A DNA stretch of 64,000 nucleotides from Microcaecilia unicolor (Eukaryota): assembly GCF_901765095.1 (NCBI RefSeq), contig NC_044034.1, positions 62,562,339-62,626,338 of the forward strand. Direction: 5' to 3'. This document shows, piece by piece, positions 10,286-21,151 of this stretch. Every line of letters starts with the position of its first letter. The stretch's first letter is position 1. Made by a program: the position numbers and the translations under genes. The notes beneath the pieces are model-generated. The model worked only from the letters and a program-made list of their open reading frames with translations. It had not been told where the DNA came from and searched no databases.

Positions 10286-12666
10286 CAGTCCCTCCCTCCC
10301 GGTATTCACAGCCACGGCAGTCTCCTCTTCACAGTTGCAGACACCTCCCGGGCTTCACAGTCACGGCAGTCTTCTCTTTGGAGTTTCAAATGCTTCCCGG
10401 GCTTCACAGCCACAGCAGTCTTCTCTTCGGAGTTGCAGAGGCCTCCTGGGCTTCACAGCCACGGCAGTCTCCTCTTTGGAATCTTAGATGCCTCCTGCAC
10501 TTCACAGCTACGGTGGTCTTCCCTTCGGAGTTGCAGTCACCTCTTGGCCTTCGCAGCCGAGGCAGTTTCTCCTTTTCAGGATTGCAGTCACCTCTTGCAT
10601 TCACAGTCCCGGCAGTCTCCTCTCCAGAGATGCAGTTGCCTCCTGGTCTTCTAGCTGCTGTTTTCTCCACACTTTGGGGTTGCAGTCACCTCCTCAGCTT
10701 CACCATTATGGTAGTCTTTTCTCTTTGGAGTGGTTGTCACCTTTGGGCTTTCCAGCTATGACGGGCCTCAGTCTTCGGAGTTGCAGGTCACTCTGGTAAT
10801 CCGTAGTCTTGGCAGTCTCCCTTCCTGGAATCCAGTGGTTTTCTTCTCCAGGGCTACACACTTCTTGGGGGCAACATACAGCTCTGGAGGTCCTCACTGT
10901 TTGCAGTCTCCTCTCTTCTGAGTTGCAGTCTCTTCTCTTGGGAGTTGAGGTCCCAGTTTCTGTGGTTGCTGCTGTTCTGAATTGATGCCATTGGGGGTAT
11001 TTTCTCGGCTACAGGCTTCCCAGTCGGCTCCAGTAGTTCAGTGTTACTGCGGCAGTCTGCTTTCTCTGGAGTGGCGGACATCTTACAGCTGGAGGTTCGG
11101 TCAGCTTCTGCAGTCTTTGGACTTGGGATCTCGTTGGGAATGGCTGATTCATGCCACAGCGGCGGCCAGAGTGTTGAGCTCCTGCCAACACTTGGGGAGA
11201 GCAAGTTTCCTCACGGCTCAGCAACGTTGCTGTTGGTGAGGTGGATTTGCCTAATCCTCAGTGTGCTCATCCTAGAGCATGGACTCAGTGCAGGTCCTGG
11301 AACCTATGTCTGTGGCCAGGGAAGTGGTTCCTGGTGGGGAGGGATAGCTTCTGTCTATGGCAGTTCTTCCTTCTCTTTCGGTGATCCCCAGCCCCCCAGA
11401 GTTGACGCCGGCAGTGGCCTTGGTCCGCCAGGCAGGGCATGCACTGGGAGTTGTTCCCACAGCCGCCCTCCCTCAAGAGTTCCGCTTCCTATTTTGTATT
11501 GGGGCTGGCTACGGCATTCTTCCTTGACTTTCCATACAGAGGAGGTCCCTTCTGGAAAGAGGTTCGCCTTTGGAACCCCTTTCGAACTTTGTGTTCGGTT
11601 TGATTTGTCTGCCTTGTGCTGCGGACTCTGCCACATCTGTCCTTTGGCCCTCTCCGGAAGGCCAACAATATGGTTCATACGTTGCGTGAGGTGTTTTTGA
11701 TGTCTCTTACCTCTGGAGTGCGGATTTCTGGGCGCGGTAGTGCTGGGACCTGTTCCTCTGTTGCCGGAGGCTGGGGTCTCAGTTCTGTCCGTCCCTCTCT
11801 GCCTCAGTTGGTTTCAGTATTCCAAGTCAGTTGGTTGGCGTATCATCTGGTGTTTCGCCGGGATGTTGCATTTCGCCTCACTGAGGCTTCTGGGTGGCCG
11901 TTGGAGTTGTTTGCACTTTCTTGAGGCTTCTCCTTCCTTCTGATGTTTGGTTCGTCTGTTCAGCCCTTTTAGGGATGACAGAGGTTGAGTCTCATGGCGT
12001 CCTTGGTCACCTTTGCCTCTTGGTTGGTAGGGACGCTTACTTCAGCTGTCTCTACGTGCTGGATAGCAGCATCCTGTGCAGCATCCATCTTGTTGGCCCG
12101 GTGGCTTTTGGCAGAGCAGCAACATGGTTGTTATTGTATGCGTTTGCTGGGCTTCTCAGTGGATATTGTGGCCGTTCGGCGGGGGTGGTCAGGGCTTCGG
12201 TTCTCCAGGCAGCGGAGCTGGGGTCCCACCCTGTTAGGATTGCTTTTGAATATCCCATGTGTCCTGGAATTGTGGGAAGTAACATAATGAAGGAGAAATT
12301 AGGGCTTACCTGATGATAATTTTCTTTCCATTAGTTCTTCACAGTATTCCAGGAGCCCACCCCTGGACCTGTTTTGGTGGCAGGCTTTACAGCTTATGCA
12401 CGGGCTGTCACTCTTTTGTCTATCTCTAAAGATACCGGGGACCTTCCGAGAGTCCAATTGTTTGGTCGTTTACAGTTGTAGAGGTTTTTACATAAGTACA
12501 TAAGTACATAAGTAGTGCCATACTGGGAAAGACCAAAGGTCCATCTAGCCCAGCATCCTGTCACCGACAGTGGCCAATCCAGGTCAAGGGCACCTGGCAC
12601 GCTCCCTAAACGTAAAAACATTCCAGACAAGTTATACCTAAAAATGCGGAATTTTTCCAAGTCCAT

Positions 12667-14286
12667 TTAATAGCGGTCTATGGACTTGTCCTTTAGGAAT
12701 CTATCTAACCCCTTTTTAAACTCCGTCAAGCTAACCGCCCATACCACGTTCTCCGGCAACGAATTCCAGAGTCTAATTACACGTTGGGTGAAGAAAAATT
12801 TTCTCCGATTCGTTTTAAATTTACCACACTGTAGCTTCAACTCATGCCCTCTAGTCCTAGTATTTTTGGATAGCGTGAACAGTCGCTTCACATCCACCCG
12901 ATCCATTCCACTCATTATTTTATACACTTCTATCATATCTCCCCTCAGCCGTCTCTTCTCCAAGCTGAAAAGCCCTAGCCTTCTCAGCCTCTCTTCATAG
13001 GAAAGTCGTCCCATCCCCACTATCATTTTCGTCGCCCTTCGCTGTACCTTTTCCAATTCTACTATATCTTTTTTGAGATACGGAGACCAGTACTGAACAC
13101 AATACTCCAGGTGCGGTCGCACCATGGAGCGATACAACGGCATTATAACATCCGCACACCTGGACTCCATACCCTTCCTAATAACACCCAACATTCTATT
13201 CGCTTTCCTAGCCGCAGCAGCACACTGAGCAGAAGGTTTCAGCGTATCATCGACGACGACACCCAGATCCCTTTCTTGATCCGTAACTCCTAACGCGGAA
13301 CCTTGCAAGACGTAGCTATAATTCGGGTTCCTCTTACCCACATGCATCACTTTGCACTTGTCAACATTGAACTTCATCTGCCACTTGCACGCCCATTCTC
13401 CCAGTCTCGCAAGGTCCTCCTGTAATCGTTCACATTCCTCCTGCGAATTGACGACCCTGAATAATTTTGTGTCATCGGCGAATTTAATTACCTCACTAGT
13501 TATTCCCATCTCTAGGTCATTTATAAATACATTAAAAAGCAACGGACCCAGCACAGACCCCTGCGGGACCCCACTAACTACCCTCCTCCACTGAGAATAC
13601 TGGCCACGCAATCCTACTCTCTGCTTCCTATCTTTCAACCAGTTCTTAATCCATAATAGTACCCTACCTCCGATTCCATGACTCTGCAATTTCTTCAGGA
13701 GTCTTTCGTGCGGCACTTTGTCAAACGCCTTCTGAAAATCCAGATATACAATATCAACCGGCTCCCCATTGTCCACATGTTTGCTTACCCCCTCAAAAAA
13801 ATGCATTAGATTGGTGAGGCAAGACTTCCCTTCACTAAATCCGTGCTGACTTTGTCTCATCAGTCCATGTTTTTGTATATGCTCTGCAATTTTATTCTTA
13901 ATAATAGCCTCCACCATCTTGCCCGGCACCGACGTCAGACTCACCGGTCTATAATTTCCCGGATCTCCTCTGGAACCCTTCTTAAAAATCGGAGTAACAT
14001 TGGCTACCCTCCAGTCTTCCGGTACTACACTCGATTTTAGGGACAGATTGCATATTTCTAACAGTAGCTCCGCAAGTTCATTTTTTAGTTCTATTAATAC
14101 TCTGGGATGAATACCATCAGGTCCCGGTGATTTACTACTCTTCAGCTTGCTGAACTGACCCATTACATCCTCCAAGGTTACAGAGAATTTGTTTAGTTTC
14201 TCCGACTCCCCCGCTTCAAATATTCTTTCCGGCACCGGTGTCCCCCCCCAAATCCTCCTCGGTGAAGACCGAAGCAAAGAATTCAT
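12667..14286 (-). CDS. CR1-like reverse transcriptase ORF (539 aa, FADDTKLF active-site block and conserved C-terminal tail)
   Basis: The protein has RT motifs (PGPDGIHPRVL, YLDFQKAFDKVPH, FADDTKLF) and a C-terminal ...FKKGLDRFLKDKSIDRY end typical of CR1/L2 ORF2. Confidence 0.8.
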   Translation of the reverse strand: MNSLLRSSPRRIWGGTPVPERIFEAGESEKLNKFSVTLEDVMGQFSKLKSSKSPGPDGIHPRVLIELKNELAELLLEICNLSLKSSVVPEDWRVANVTPIFKKGSRGDPGNYRPVSLTSVPGKMVEAIIKNKIAEHIQKHGLMRQSQHGFSEGKSCLTNLMHFFEGVSKHVDNGEPVDIVYLDFQKAFDKVPHERLLKKLQSHGIGGRVLLWIKNWLKDRKQRVGLRGQYSQWRRVVSGVPQGSVLGPLLFNVFINDLEMGITSEVIKFADDTKLFRVVNSQEECERLQEDLARLGEWACKWQMKFNVDKCKVMHVGKRNPNYSYVLQGSALGVTDQERDLGVVVDDTLKPSAQCAAAARKANRMLGVIRKGMESRCADVIMPLYRSMVRPHLEYCVQYWSPYLKKDIVELEKVQRRATKMIVGMGRLSYEERLRRLGLFSLEKRRLRGDMIEVYKIMSGMDRVDVKRLFTLSKNTRTRGHELKLQCGKFKTNRRKFFFTQRVIRLWNSLPENVVWAVSLTEFKKGLDRFLKDKSIDRY

Positions 14287-14749
14287 TTAATTTCTCCGCT
14301 ACGGCTTTGTCCTCATTGATCGCCCCTTTAACACCATTTTCGTCCAGTGGCCCAACTGACTCTTTGGCCGGTTTCCTGCTTTTAGTGTATCTAAAAAAAT
14401 TTTTACTATGTATTTTTGCTTCCAACGCTAATTTCTTCTCAAAGTCCTTTTTTGCCCTCCTTATCTCCGCTTTGCATTTGGCTTGGCATTCCTTATGATC
14501 TATCCTGTTACTTTCAGTTGGTTCTCTTCTCCACTTTCTGAAGGATTGTTTTTTGGCTCTAATGATTTCCTTTATCTTACTGTTTAGCCACGCCGGCTGA
14601 CGTTTAGTCTTTTTTCCCTTTTTTCTAATACGTGGAATATATTTGTCCTGAACCTCCAGGATGGTGTTTTTAAACAGCATCCACGCCTGATGCAAGTTTT
14701 TTACTCTGCGAGCTGCTCCTTTCAGTCTTTTTTTCACCATTTTTCTCAT
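14216..14749 (-). pseudogene. Upstream part of CR1 ORF2 (linker between EN and RT) in a different frame
   Basis: It overlaps the RT ORF by about 70 nt in another frame, so a frameshift has broken the single ORF2. The copy is probably inactive. Confidence 0.5.
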
Positions 14750-14789
14750 TTTGTCGTAATCACCTTTTCTATAGTTTTATTCCTTCTGC

Positions 14790-14955
14790 TTGTTTAGGCA
14801 AATACTGGAGAACTGGGATGGCTGGCTGAGTATATATGGGACAGCTCAGTTCTGTCTCCATCTGCTGGTCGATGGACAGAACTACCCACACATCCTGGAA
14901 TAGTGTGAAGAACTAATGGAAAGAAAATTATCAGGTAAGCCCTAATTTCTCCATA
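14790..14955 (+). repeat. Short interspersed repeat family R1 (…GTCTCCATCTGCTGGTCGATGGACAGAACTACCCACACATCCTGGAATAGTGTGAAGAACTAATGGAAAGAAAATTATCAGGTAAGCCCTAATTTCTCC)
   Basis: Other copies are at about 370-486 (+), 1-75 (partial), 7690-7835 (-) and 12236-12312 (- partial, abutting the CR1). Each contains a splice-donor-like CAG|GTAAGCCC. ORFs 7712-7927 and 14794-15075 are artefacts of this repeat. Confidence 0.55.
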
Positions 14956-15502
14956 GAAATCAAATAGAAGAATAATGCAGATGTACACTGAGATCTGAGG
15001 TGTATGCCTAGTGGTGCTATTGAAATATAAAATAGTAGACGTTATAGGCAGTATTGACTTATATGTGGCACACATTCTTAAACTTTTGAAACTTTAAAAG
15101 TGTATATTTTTCACATTCTGATGTCTAAAAAGTACAATTCAAAATGCATGAAAGTATGAGCTTGCTTTACTGATTTACACTGCATACTCTACATTTTCAA
15201 TGTAAAAGAATAATTATAGAAATATTCAAAAGGTCTTAGGCAACTGTGTAGCCTGGTGATTGGGTAAGCAGGCTCCTCCTGTACCCACTGCTTGAGTGAA
15301 AGTACCCATGCTGGGGGGTCACGTGATGGCAGGAGCCTAGACGGACGTCTCGAGGCTGCTCTCCTCCTCATCGCTTATAAATCAGCTGATTTAATGTGCT
15401 CAAACCCCCGATCTGGTCCCTCAAAACATCGTCCAGTACAAGGTAGCTTGGGCTGCATCGATTGAGCAATAAAGGAGAAAGATCAGAAGCGGCTTTCAGG
15501 GT

Positions 15503-16339
15503 ATGCCGGCAAAGACCCCGCGTACTCAGAAAGGGCGCGGAACCCCCCACGTGGCTAAGATGGCGTCTGGAAAGGAGAAAGGAGAGGCGACCCAGAGTCA
15601 GGATCTGCCGGTGGTAGCCATACAAGACGCAGCGATACAAGAGATAATGAAGCACATGGCAGCAGTTCTGGATGACAAGCTGTCGGCGCTGCATGTCTTT
15701 ATGGACGAGATGAAAGAAAGCATGGCAGCACAAAGCACCCGCATACAACTGGCAGAGGAACGAATATCACAGCAAGAGGATCTGGTGAATAATGTGAGTT
15801 CTCAAATGTCTGCTCTGGAGAAGAGGTGTAAACTGCTGGAAGAGCGGGTAGAAGATCATGAGAACCGGAGCAGGCGGAATAATATCAGGCTGGTGGGAAT
15901 ACCGGAATCGGTCAAAGATAAAGAGCTCTGGGACTTGGTAGAAGTCTGGCTGCCGAAAGAGCTTGGGATTGAGTCAGAAGGGCAACGTCTCAAAGCAGAG
16001 CGGGTGCATCGGATCGGAGCGCTTAAAGAACATAGCAGTAAGTCATGCCCGGTAATTGCTCGTATTCTCAACTATGCTGAGAAAGCCCAGCTGATGGAAA
16101 AGTATCGCCAGAAGAGAACCCTGACTTATCAGGGGACAGGCATGCTGATGTTTCAAGATTTCTCGCCGCGGGTGTCAGAGCTAAGAAAACGAGTGTCTCC
16201 ATACTGCTCTCAGCTCTACAACAAAGGGATCCGGTTCTCGCTGCAGTACCCAGCAAAGGTGAGAGTGCTGCATGAAGGTCGTGTTCTATTCATGGAGCAG
16301 CCAGAAGAATTGCGCTCATTTCTGGAGCGGTTGCAGTGA
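15503..16339 (+). CDS. L1 ORF1 protein (278 aa), nucleic-acid-binding chaperone with a coiled-coil N-terminal half
   Basis: It lies upstream of ORF2 in the same element. It has a heptad-rich segment (LSALHVFMDEMKESMAAQSTRIQLAEERISQQEDLVNNVSSQMSALEKRCKLLEERVEDHENRSRRNNIRLVGIPE), followed by a C-terminal RRM-like or CTD-like region typical of L1 ORF1p. Confidence 0.8.
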   Translation: MPAKTPRTQKGRGTPHVAKMASGKEKGEATQSQDLPVVAIQDAAIQEIMKHMAAVLDDKLSALHVFMDEMKESMAAQSTRIQLAEERISQQEDLVNNVSSQMSALEKRCKLLEERVEDHENRSRRNNIRLVGIPESVKDKELWDLVEVWLPKELGIESEGQRLKAERVHRIGALKEHSSKSCPVIARILNYAEKAQLMEKYRQKRTLTYQGTGMLMFQDFSPRVSELRKRVSPYCSQLYNKGIRFSLQYPAKVRVLHEGRVLFMEQPEELRSFLERLQ

Positions 16340-17335
16340 CAGAGTGCAATGTTAGAGTGGTTGAAGGGTGCCGGCTTGAAAACACCTTTGATGACACGTG
16401 GAGTGCCGCCGGAGACATTATGCCAGGCAGGCTAGGATTTATTTCTTGTTATTTTTGACGTGCAGGGGATTGCAAGCAGCAGAACCATTAAAGATTGATT
16501 ACTGTAAACAACAAGGAGTGGAGCCCGGGGCATTCTTAAACGGGAGACATTGTTGATTTGGAAGGAGAGGCTGTTTGTGGTTTTTTTTTTTTTTTTTTTT
16601 CCCCAGCTTTATCTGGATGCCAGCTAGAAGACTGAAGACTCAGTGGGGAAGTTGTGAGTTGCCTGGGGACGATTTGTAATTTAAAGAGGCTTGTTGCAGT
16701 GAAGCCTGTGTTCTTTTTTATAGGCTGCACGAGGGAGAGAGAGAGAGAGAAAAAAAAGGAACACAATGGACTATAGTTTGAACAAGTTTGGAGGGGTACT
16801 GTTATTTGTATAATTTGCCTCTGATGGGATCGTTTTACTTTTCTGCTGTCGTATTGGGGGAGTTGAAGGGAAAATGTTGAAACGGGTGGTGGGTGTTTAA
16901 GAAAGGGAAATGCAGCGCTCAGGCAAGCTGAGGATCCTTTTCAGGGGGGGGGAGGGGAGCAGCTTTCTCTTAGGGGAGGGTTGTAACACTGGTTGTTCTA
17001 AAGGGGAGGGTGGGAAGGGACTTGAGGGTGTGGACACAGGTAGGGGGGAAGGGGGATGGGAGGGGAGAAGTGGGAGGAAGGAGCTATTTGACTGGATGGA
17101 GTGAATGGTACACAGAGTGTGGATGTAGCAAACGAAGGGAGGGACAGGGATGGGAAAGAGAGGGAGGGGAGGGGGAGGGGCTGGGGTGGGGGGAAGGCTC
17201 CTGGAGAAATAAGGAATACTGTTACATGGAGGAGATTGGTACCGAGGCAACACCTGGAAAGGGAGGGGGTGGTGAGCTGGGACATCACCCCTTGTTCTCG
17301 GACATAAGGCTGCATATCGCCTTTCGATCTGACAG
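16340..17335 (+). other. L1 inter-ORF spacer (about 1 kb) containing (T)22, (GA)n and GGGAGG-rich low-complexity DNA
   Basis: It lies between the ORF1 stop (16339) and the ORF2 start (17336). ORFs 16897-17384 on both strands are low-complexity artefacts. Confidence 0.6.
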
Positions 17336-20300
17336 ATGGGTAGTTTGAGAATAGGATCATTAAATGTTGATGGTATTCACTCACCGGTTAAGCGGACTAA
17401 AATTTTGGCATACTGTAATAAAATGAAAGTTGATGTGATGTTTTTACAGGAGACTCATCTCTCACAACAAGAACATCGGAAGTTACAAAAAGGGTGGGTT
17501 GGGGAGGTAGTGTCATCTTCCTTTAATAACAGACAAAGGGGGGTGGTTATATTATTCCATAGAAGGCACCATGTTAGCATGCATAAATTAGTACAAGACC
17601 CAGAGGGTCGGTTTGTCATATGGTGGGGAGAGTTTGCAGGGCAGAGGGTGGCCTTATGCTCCATATATGCGCCAAATGTATATTCCCATTCTTTCTTTTC
17701 TGGTCTTTTAGCTCATTTGGTATCAGTTAGTGGGTACAAATTGGTGCTGGGGGGAGATTTTAATATTACTGCAGACCCCTTGATAGATTGCAAGCCAGCA
17801 AAGCCGCGGCCTCCAGCATGGAAAGATAAAGGGATTAACTTTCTAGTACAAGAGCTAGGGCTCCTGGATATCTGGCGGATCTTACATCCAGAATCATATG
17901 ACTACACTTTTTTTTCTCAGGTACATGGGGTATATGCACGGCTCGATTATTTACTAGTTGATGCAACCCTTATGTCGAAAGTGCAGGCGGCAGATATAGT
18001 GGACGGGGCAGTGTCGGATCATTGTTTGATTTGGGCAGACATCCAGTGGCACCAAGGCAGTGCATCAAGGATGTGGCGTATGAATCCAACGTATTTGGAG
18101 CCTGAGTTTCGTAGTTTTTTGTTGAAGATGTGGGACAATTACCTAATGGAAAATGACCCGGAATCAGTAGACCCTATAACTTATTGGGAAGCGGGGAAGG
18201 CCGTGATGCGGGGGCATATTATCGCCTATGGGGCAAAATTAAACAGGGAGCGTAATAGTAGATTAATTGCCTTATCGAGCCATCTGCAACAGTTGAGGGG
18301 GAGGCATGTACGGCAGAGGGAAGACGAGATAAAAAAGGAATATTTGGACACTCGCCGGCAAATTAATGATATTTTGAATGCGCGCGCGGCTCAGGATATC
18401 AGCTTGTATAAATTTAATATGTATAGATGGGGGAATAAGGCGGGGAGATTGATGTCGACCCTGGTAAAAGGCAGAGGGGCCAAAAAAATCATAACGAAGG
18501 TGAGATCTCCTGGAGGGCAGGTAGTGGCCACATCTGAGGGCATCCAGGAAGAGTTTGTCAAATTCTATCAGGCACTGTATAATGCAGGAGAGACAGATCG
18601 GACCCAGCGGGAATTATTTTTTCAGAATCTTCCTTTACCGCAGTTATCGCAGGAGCAGAGAGATCAGTTAAATGCGCCGGTGAAGGGAGAGGAAGTACTT
18701 CAGGCAGTGAAACGCCTTAAGTTGGCTAAGGCCCCCGGTCCGGACGGCCTAGGGCCTGAATTTTATAAGATATTAGGTGCCAACGTAGGACCCCCTTTTC
18801 AAGAATTATGTCATCATCTCTGCACAACTGGGGAGGCGGGCGGTAGACTTACACATGCACACATAGTGGTACTCCCTAAGCCTGGGCGAGATGAGGAATT
18901 GCTGGGTTCCTACAGGCCCATATCGCTCCTTAATCAAGACATAAAGCTTTTTGCCAATATTATGGCAAATAGGTTGGGGAGGGTCTTACCTGGCCTGGTT
19001 CACTCGGATCAGGCGGGATTCGTGCCAGGCCGATATGCATCTTCCAATATTATGAGAGCCTTGACAGTGTTGCAGAAAGGGGGGGGCAAACCCGGAGATG
19101 CGATCATTACAAGTTTGGACGCGGAAAAAGCATTTGATAAGATCTTGTGGGACTATCTATTTTGGGTGTTACCGCAATTTGGTATCATGGGAGCTTTCTT
19201 AGGAGGAATCCGCGCTTTATATAGCCATCCCACAGCTCAGATATTAATAAATGGAGCATTGTCATCTGTCTTTTTCTTAAAGCGGGGCACACGGCAAGGG
19301 TGCCCGCTCTCCCCGATGCTATTTGTGCTGTCCTTAGAACCCTTTGCTATCAAAATTCGACAGACGGACAAAGTTCAGGGAATTAAAATGGGATCCCAAG
19401 AATTTAAAATTAATCTGTTTGCAGATGACATGCTTATATATCTAGATAGAGCATCCGTGACTGTTCCTATTCTTATAGACTTAATTGTCCAATTTGGGTC
19501 TTTCTCTGGTCTATGTATTAATTTTGATAAGTCTGAGGCTTTGCCGGTGTCCTCCCCTTGTGCGTGTAGGCAGCTCCACACGTTTCCCTTAGCTTGGTCG
19601 ACCGGAACTTTAAAATATTTAGGAGTGTATTTGCACGCGGATATGAGAGTGGTATATCGTCGCAATATACAGGACAAGCTAGATGGCATTAAAAAACTTT
19701 GCCACAGATGGAGAGATTTGCCCCTTTCTTTATTGGGGCGTGTAGCGTTAGTAAAAATGGTTATGTTGCCCAAGATTCTATACCCCTTACAGATGATGCC
19801 ATTTTGGATAACACGGAAAGATGAACTATACTATAAGGGGTTTATTGGTACTTTTCTTTGGGCGGGAAAGCGGGCCAGGATAAGTTTTGCTAAATTGACG
19901 CTTGCTAGGAATAAGGGAGGATTAAATCTTCCGGACCTGCGGTTATACAATGTGGCAGCGCTACTTAGGTGGATTTTTGAGCTCCATTCTGGGTCTGCTA
20001 AATATGCCCCAAAAGGTATCTGGCAAGGTGAGGTGCTGCCATATTCAGTGTTTAATAGTCTACAAGTACAGGGAAGCTCGAAAGGAGACCTCCAGTGTTT
20101 GCTTCAGCCTCTGAGAAAGGCCTGGAATTGGTGGCGGGGTGGACTGGGAAAGGCCACAGGACCATCTCCGTTTCTGACAGTAGTAGATAACCCCTCATTT
20201 CCAGCGGGTCAGGGGGCGTCGCGGTTCAAAGTGTGGGCCAAAAAGGGGTGTCGTTATGTGGGACATTTTACGGTGGAGGGACAGGGGATATTCCCCACAT

Positions 20301-21151
20301 TTGAGCAGGCTCAGAACTCTTGGAGCTTGGGGCAGGAAGATTATTTCCCTTTTCTTCAATTGAAGCACTATTGTGCGACCTTGTCTTCTAGGAAAGAGGG
20401 GGGGCCTAGTTTTTCGCGGCTGGATAAGATGTTTTGTCAGATGCCGAACGCTGCAAACAAATTGGCGGTATGGTATTCTATAGGAAGGGAGCAAAAGGAG
20501 GACTTCTTCATTGCTGGCCTGGCAAAATGGTGGGGTGAACAAGTGGGGGAGGAAATCACGGGTAACATGTTGGCAACCTACTTTGCAGCGTCATTTAAAC
20601 TGACAACTAGTGCAAATTTGCAGGAGATGCAGTTTCGGTTGCTACATGGTGCTTTTATAACAAGAGAGAAAGGAAAGCGGATGGGGCTTTGGGAAGATGA
20701 CACTTGCATAAGATGTAAACACAGCAAAGGCACCTTAGTACATACCTTTTTGGAGTGTACTGAGTTGTATGTATTCTGGAAAGGGGTGCTGCAAGTGTTG
20801 GAGCATTTGTTGGCACAGGCTGTAGAGTGGTCCTACCGGATTTTGCTGTTGGGGGATGAGTCTCAGTTGCAAGAACAGGGGTTGCAGCCATCTCAGGTCC
20901 GGTTTGTATGTGTAGCGCTGATGCTGGCACGAAAAACGGTATTAGCACACTGGATTTTGGAAGACCCGCCGGCTATCAACCAGTGGTGGACTAGAATGCT
21001 GCAGATGGCTAGATGGGAAACGGAACGCAGTAAGTCCACTGGAGGGAGAGGTCAGGCATATGGTTCTTTATGGAAGCTGTTTGAGGTACTGTATTCTGCA
21101 AAGAAGGAATCTCCAGGAGCGGGGAGGGGGGTGGGGGTTAGACGGGTATAA
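17336..21151 (+). CDS. L1 ORF2 protein (1271 aa): APE-type endonuclease + reverse transcriptase + Cys-rich C-terminal domain, uninterrupted
   Basis: The N-terminus has the EN motifs (LNVDGIHSPVKR, FLQETH, SDHC). The RT block includes FADDMLIY, and the C-terminal Cys/His-rich domain follows. The reading frame is intact. Confidence 0.9.
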   Translation: MGSLRIGSLNVDGIHSPVKRTKILAYCNKMKVDVMFLQETHLSQQEHRKLQKGWVGEVVSSSFNNRQRGVVILFHRRHHVSMHKLVQDPEGRFVIWWGEFAGQRVALCSIYAPNVYSHSFFSGLLAHLVSVSGYKLVLGGDFNITADPLIDCKPAKPRPPAWKDKGINFLVQELGLLDIWRILHPESYDYTFFSQVHGVYARLDYLLVDATLMSKVQAADIVDGAVSDHCLIWADIQWHQGSASRMWRMNPTYLEPEFRSFLLKMWDNYLMENDPESVDPITYWEAGKAVMRGHIIAYGAKLNRERNSRLIALSSHLQQLRGRHVRQREDEIKKEYLDTRRQINDILNARAAQDISLYKFNMYRWGNKAGRLMSTLVKGRGAKKIITKVRSPGGQVVATSEGIQEEFVKFYQALYNAGETDRTQRELFFQNLPLPQLSQEQRDQLNAPVKGEEVLQAVKRLKLAKAPGPDGLGPEFYKILGANVGPPFQELCHHLCTTGEAGGRLTHAHIVVLPKPGRDEELLGSYRPISLLNQDIKLFANIMANRLGRVLPGLVHSDQAGFVPGRYASSNIMRALTVLQKGGGKPGDAIITSLDAEKAFDKILWDYLFWVLPQFGIMGAFLGGIRALYSHPTAQILINGALSSVFFLKRGTRQGCPLSPMLFVLSLEPFAIKIRQTDKVQGIKMGSQEFKINLFADDMLIYLDRASVTVPILIDLIVQFGSFSGLCINFDKSEALPVSSPCACRQLHTFPLAWSTGTLKYLGVYLHADMRVVYRRNIQDKLDGIKKLCHRWRDLPLSLLGRVALVKMVMLPKILYPLQMMPFWITRKDELYYKGFIGTFLWAGKRARISFAKLTLARNKGGLNLPDLRLYNVAALLRWIFELHSGSAKYAPKGIWQGEVLPYSVFNSLQVQGSSKGDLQCLLQPLRKAWNWWRGGLGKATGPSPFLTVVDNPSFPAGQGASRFKVWAKKGCRYVGHFTVEGQGIFPTFEQAQNSWSLGQEDYFPFLQLKHYCATLSSRKEGGPSFSRLDKMFCQMPNAANKLAVWYSIGREQKEDFFIAGLAKWWGEQVGEEITGNMLATYFAASFKLTTSANLQEMQFRLLHGAFITREKGKRMGLWEDDTCIRCKHSKGTLVHTFLECTELYVFWKGVLQVLEHLLAQAVEWSYRILLLGDESQLQEQGLQPSQVRFVCVALMLARKTVLAHWILEDPPAINQWWTRMLQMARWETERSKSTGGRGQAYGSLWKLFEVLYSAKKESPGAGRGVGVRRV

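Larger units (their letters stand above)
9090..10840. repeat. Minisatellite with a unit of about 58 bp (consensus about GCAGTCTCCTCTTYGGAGTTGCAGAYRCCTCCYGGGCTTCACAGCCACG). It is organised as two identical 540-bp higher-order units (9218-9757 = 9758-10297, each with an embedded SINE), followed by degenerate units
   Basis: The periodicity is visible directly. 9218-9557 is almost identical to 9758-10097. All six-frame ORFs here are repeat artefacts. Confidence 0.75.
12478..14790 (-). mobile_element. 5'-truncated CR1-like (CR1/L2 clade) LINE, 3' end marked by (ACATAAGT)3 on the + strand
   Basis: An RT ORF and an upstream ORF fragment are on the minus strand. The octamer microsatellite at the 3' terminus is characteristic of CR1. 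There is no endonuclease domain, so the copy is 5' truncated. Confidence 0.75.

Noticed and set aside
9090-10840. Regularly spaced repeats that could superficially resemble a CRISPR array
   Set aside because: The units are about 58 bp and contiguous, with no unique spacers between them. The genomic context is a eukaryotic intron with SINEs and LINEs. This is a minisatellite.
12283-12310. Possible U1 snRNA-like start (…GCTTACCTGATGATAATTTTC…)
   Set aside because: Only the TTACCTG heptamer matches. No Sm site or U1 stem-loops follow, and the segment is part of the R1 interspersed repeat.
11041-12313. ORFs of 100-219 aa (11041-11700, 11894-12313, 11985-12287)
   Set aside because: Low-complexity, Ser/Gly/Leu-rich sequence with no splice-site support and no recognisable domain. 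The region is repeat-flanked intronic DNA.
16897-17384. ORFs on both strands (16897-17253 -, 16998-17384 -, 17010-17348 +)
   Set aside because: They fall in the G-rich low-complexity L1 inter-ORF spacer (GGGAGG repeats) and are composition artefacts.
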